Shown one piece after another: positions 63,893 to 64,000 of a stretch of 64,000 bases of DNA. How positions within the stretch are numbered: the stretch's first letter is position 1; each line of letters begins with the position of its first letter. The DNA is from an uncultured bacterium (lineage in GTDB: Bacteria; RBG-13-61-14; DATKZS01). A model generated the notes under the pieces. That model was not told the DNA's origin and searched no databases. It saw only the letters and a list, made by a program, of their open reading frames with translations. The position numbers and the translations under genes are program-made. Location: positions 3,890 through 67,889 of the forward strand of contig CAZYTX010000014.1 of the NCBI GenBank assembly GCA_964650485.1, read 5' to 3'.

Positions 63893-64000
63893 TATGCTCT
63901 GTCCCGTCTCTTCGGTGCTGCGGCATTCGGGAGCAGGAGCCGTCCCTCATTCTTGTAATCTAGTACATGTAATGCGCCGCTGCAATATATGACACATGGC

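Overview
This is a GC-rich (about 60% by eye, not computed) chromosomal segment from a diderm bacterium. The gene content is GatCAB, CarD/CdnL, an LpxI-type lipid A pathway, TamAB plus BamA-Skp, sigma-54/two-component regulators and many acyl-CoA/thiolase/DUF35 enzymes. That resembles Desulfobacterota-like anaerobes, but this is only a taxonomic guess. I can support about 55 protein genes, one tRNA-Leu(CAA), two gene remnants, several promoters and terminators, and three structured inverted-repeat elements. I saw no rRNA, CRISPR array, transposase, integrase, reverse transcriptase or phage genes. Most of the window is ordinary core genome in tight operons. Examples are tamA-tamB, gatCAB, dprA-topA-queC, and lpxA-lpxI-gfo-msbA-lpxK-lpxL-moxR-dctQM. 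I do not see a clear novel multi-gene system. The observations most worth a second look are: (1) a 780-bp DUF433/DUF5615 toxin-antitoxin cassette bracketed by a 25-nt direct repeat and a frameshifted SDR 3' remnant; (2) an HMG-CoA-synthase-like::DUF35 fusion that appears to lack the nucleophile Cys, paired with an SCP-x-type thiolase; (3) a translationally coupled acyl-CoA dehydrogenase pair in which one member appears to lack the catalytic Glu; (4) a perfect consensus promoter followed by a terminator/antiterminator-like leader upstream of asd; (5) a perfect consensus promoter with no ORF behind it in a 650-bp AT-rich spacer upstream of carD; (6) three palindromic, hairpin-rich intergenic elements, two of which share a 22-nt terminal motif; (7) a frameshifted, truncated glycyl-radical-enzyme gene beside tRNA-Leu; (8) a ClpX paralogue without the zinc-binding domain. 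All protein calls come from motif recognition by eye and memory. No searches or folding calculations were run.
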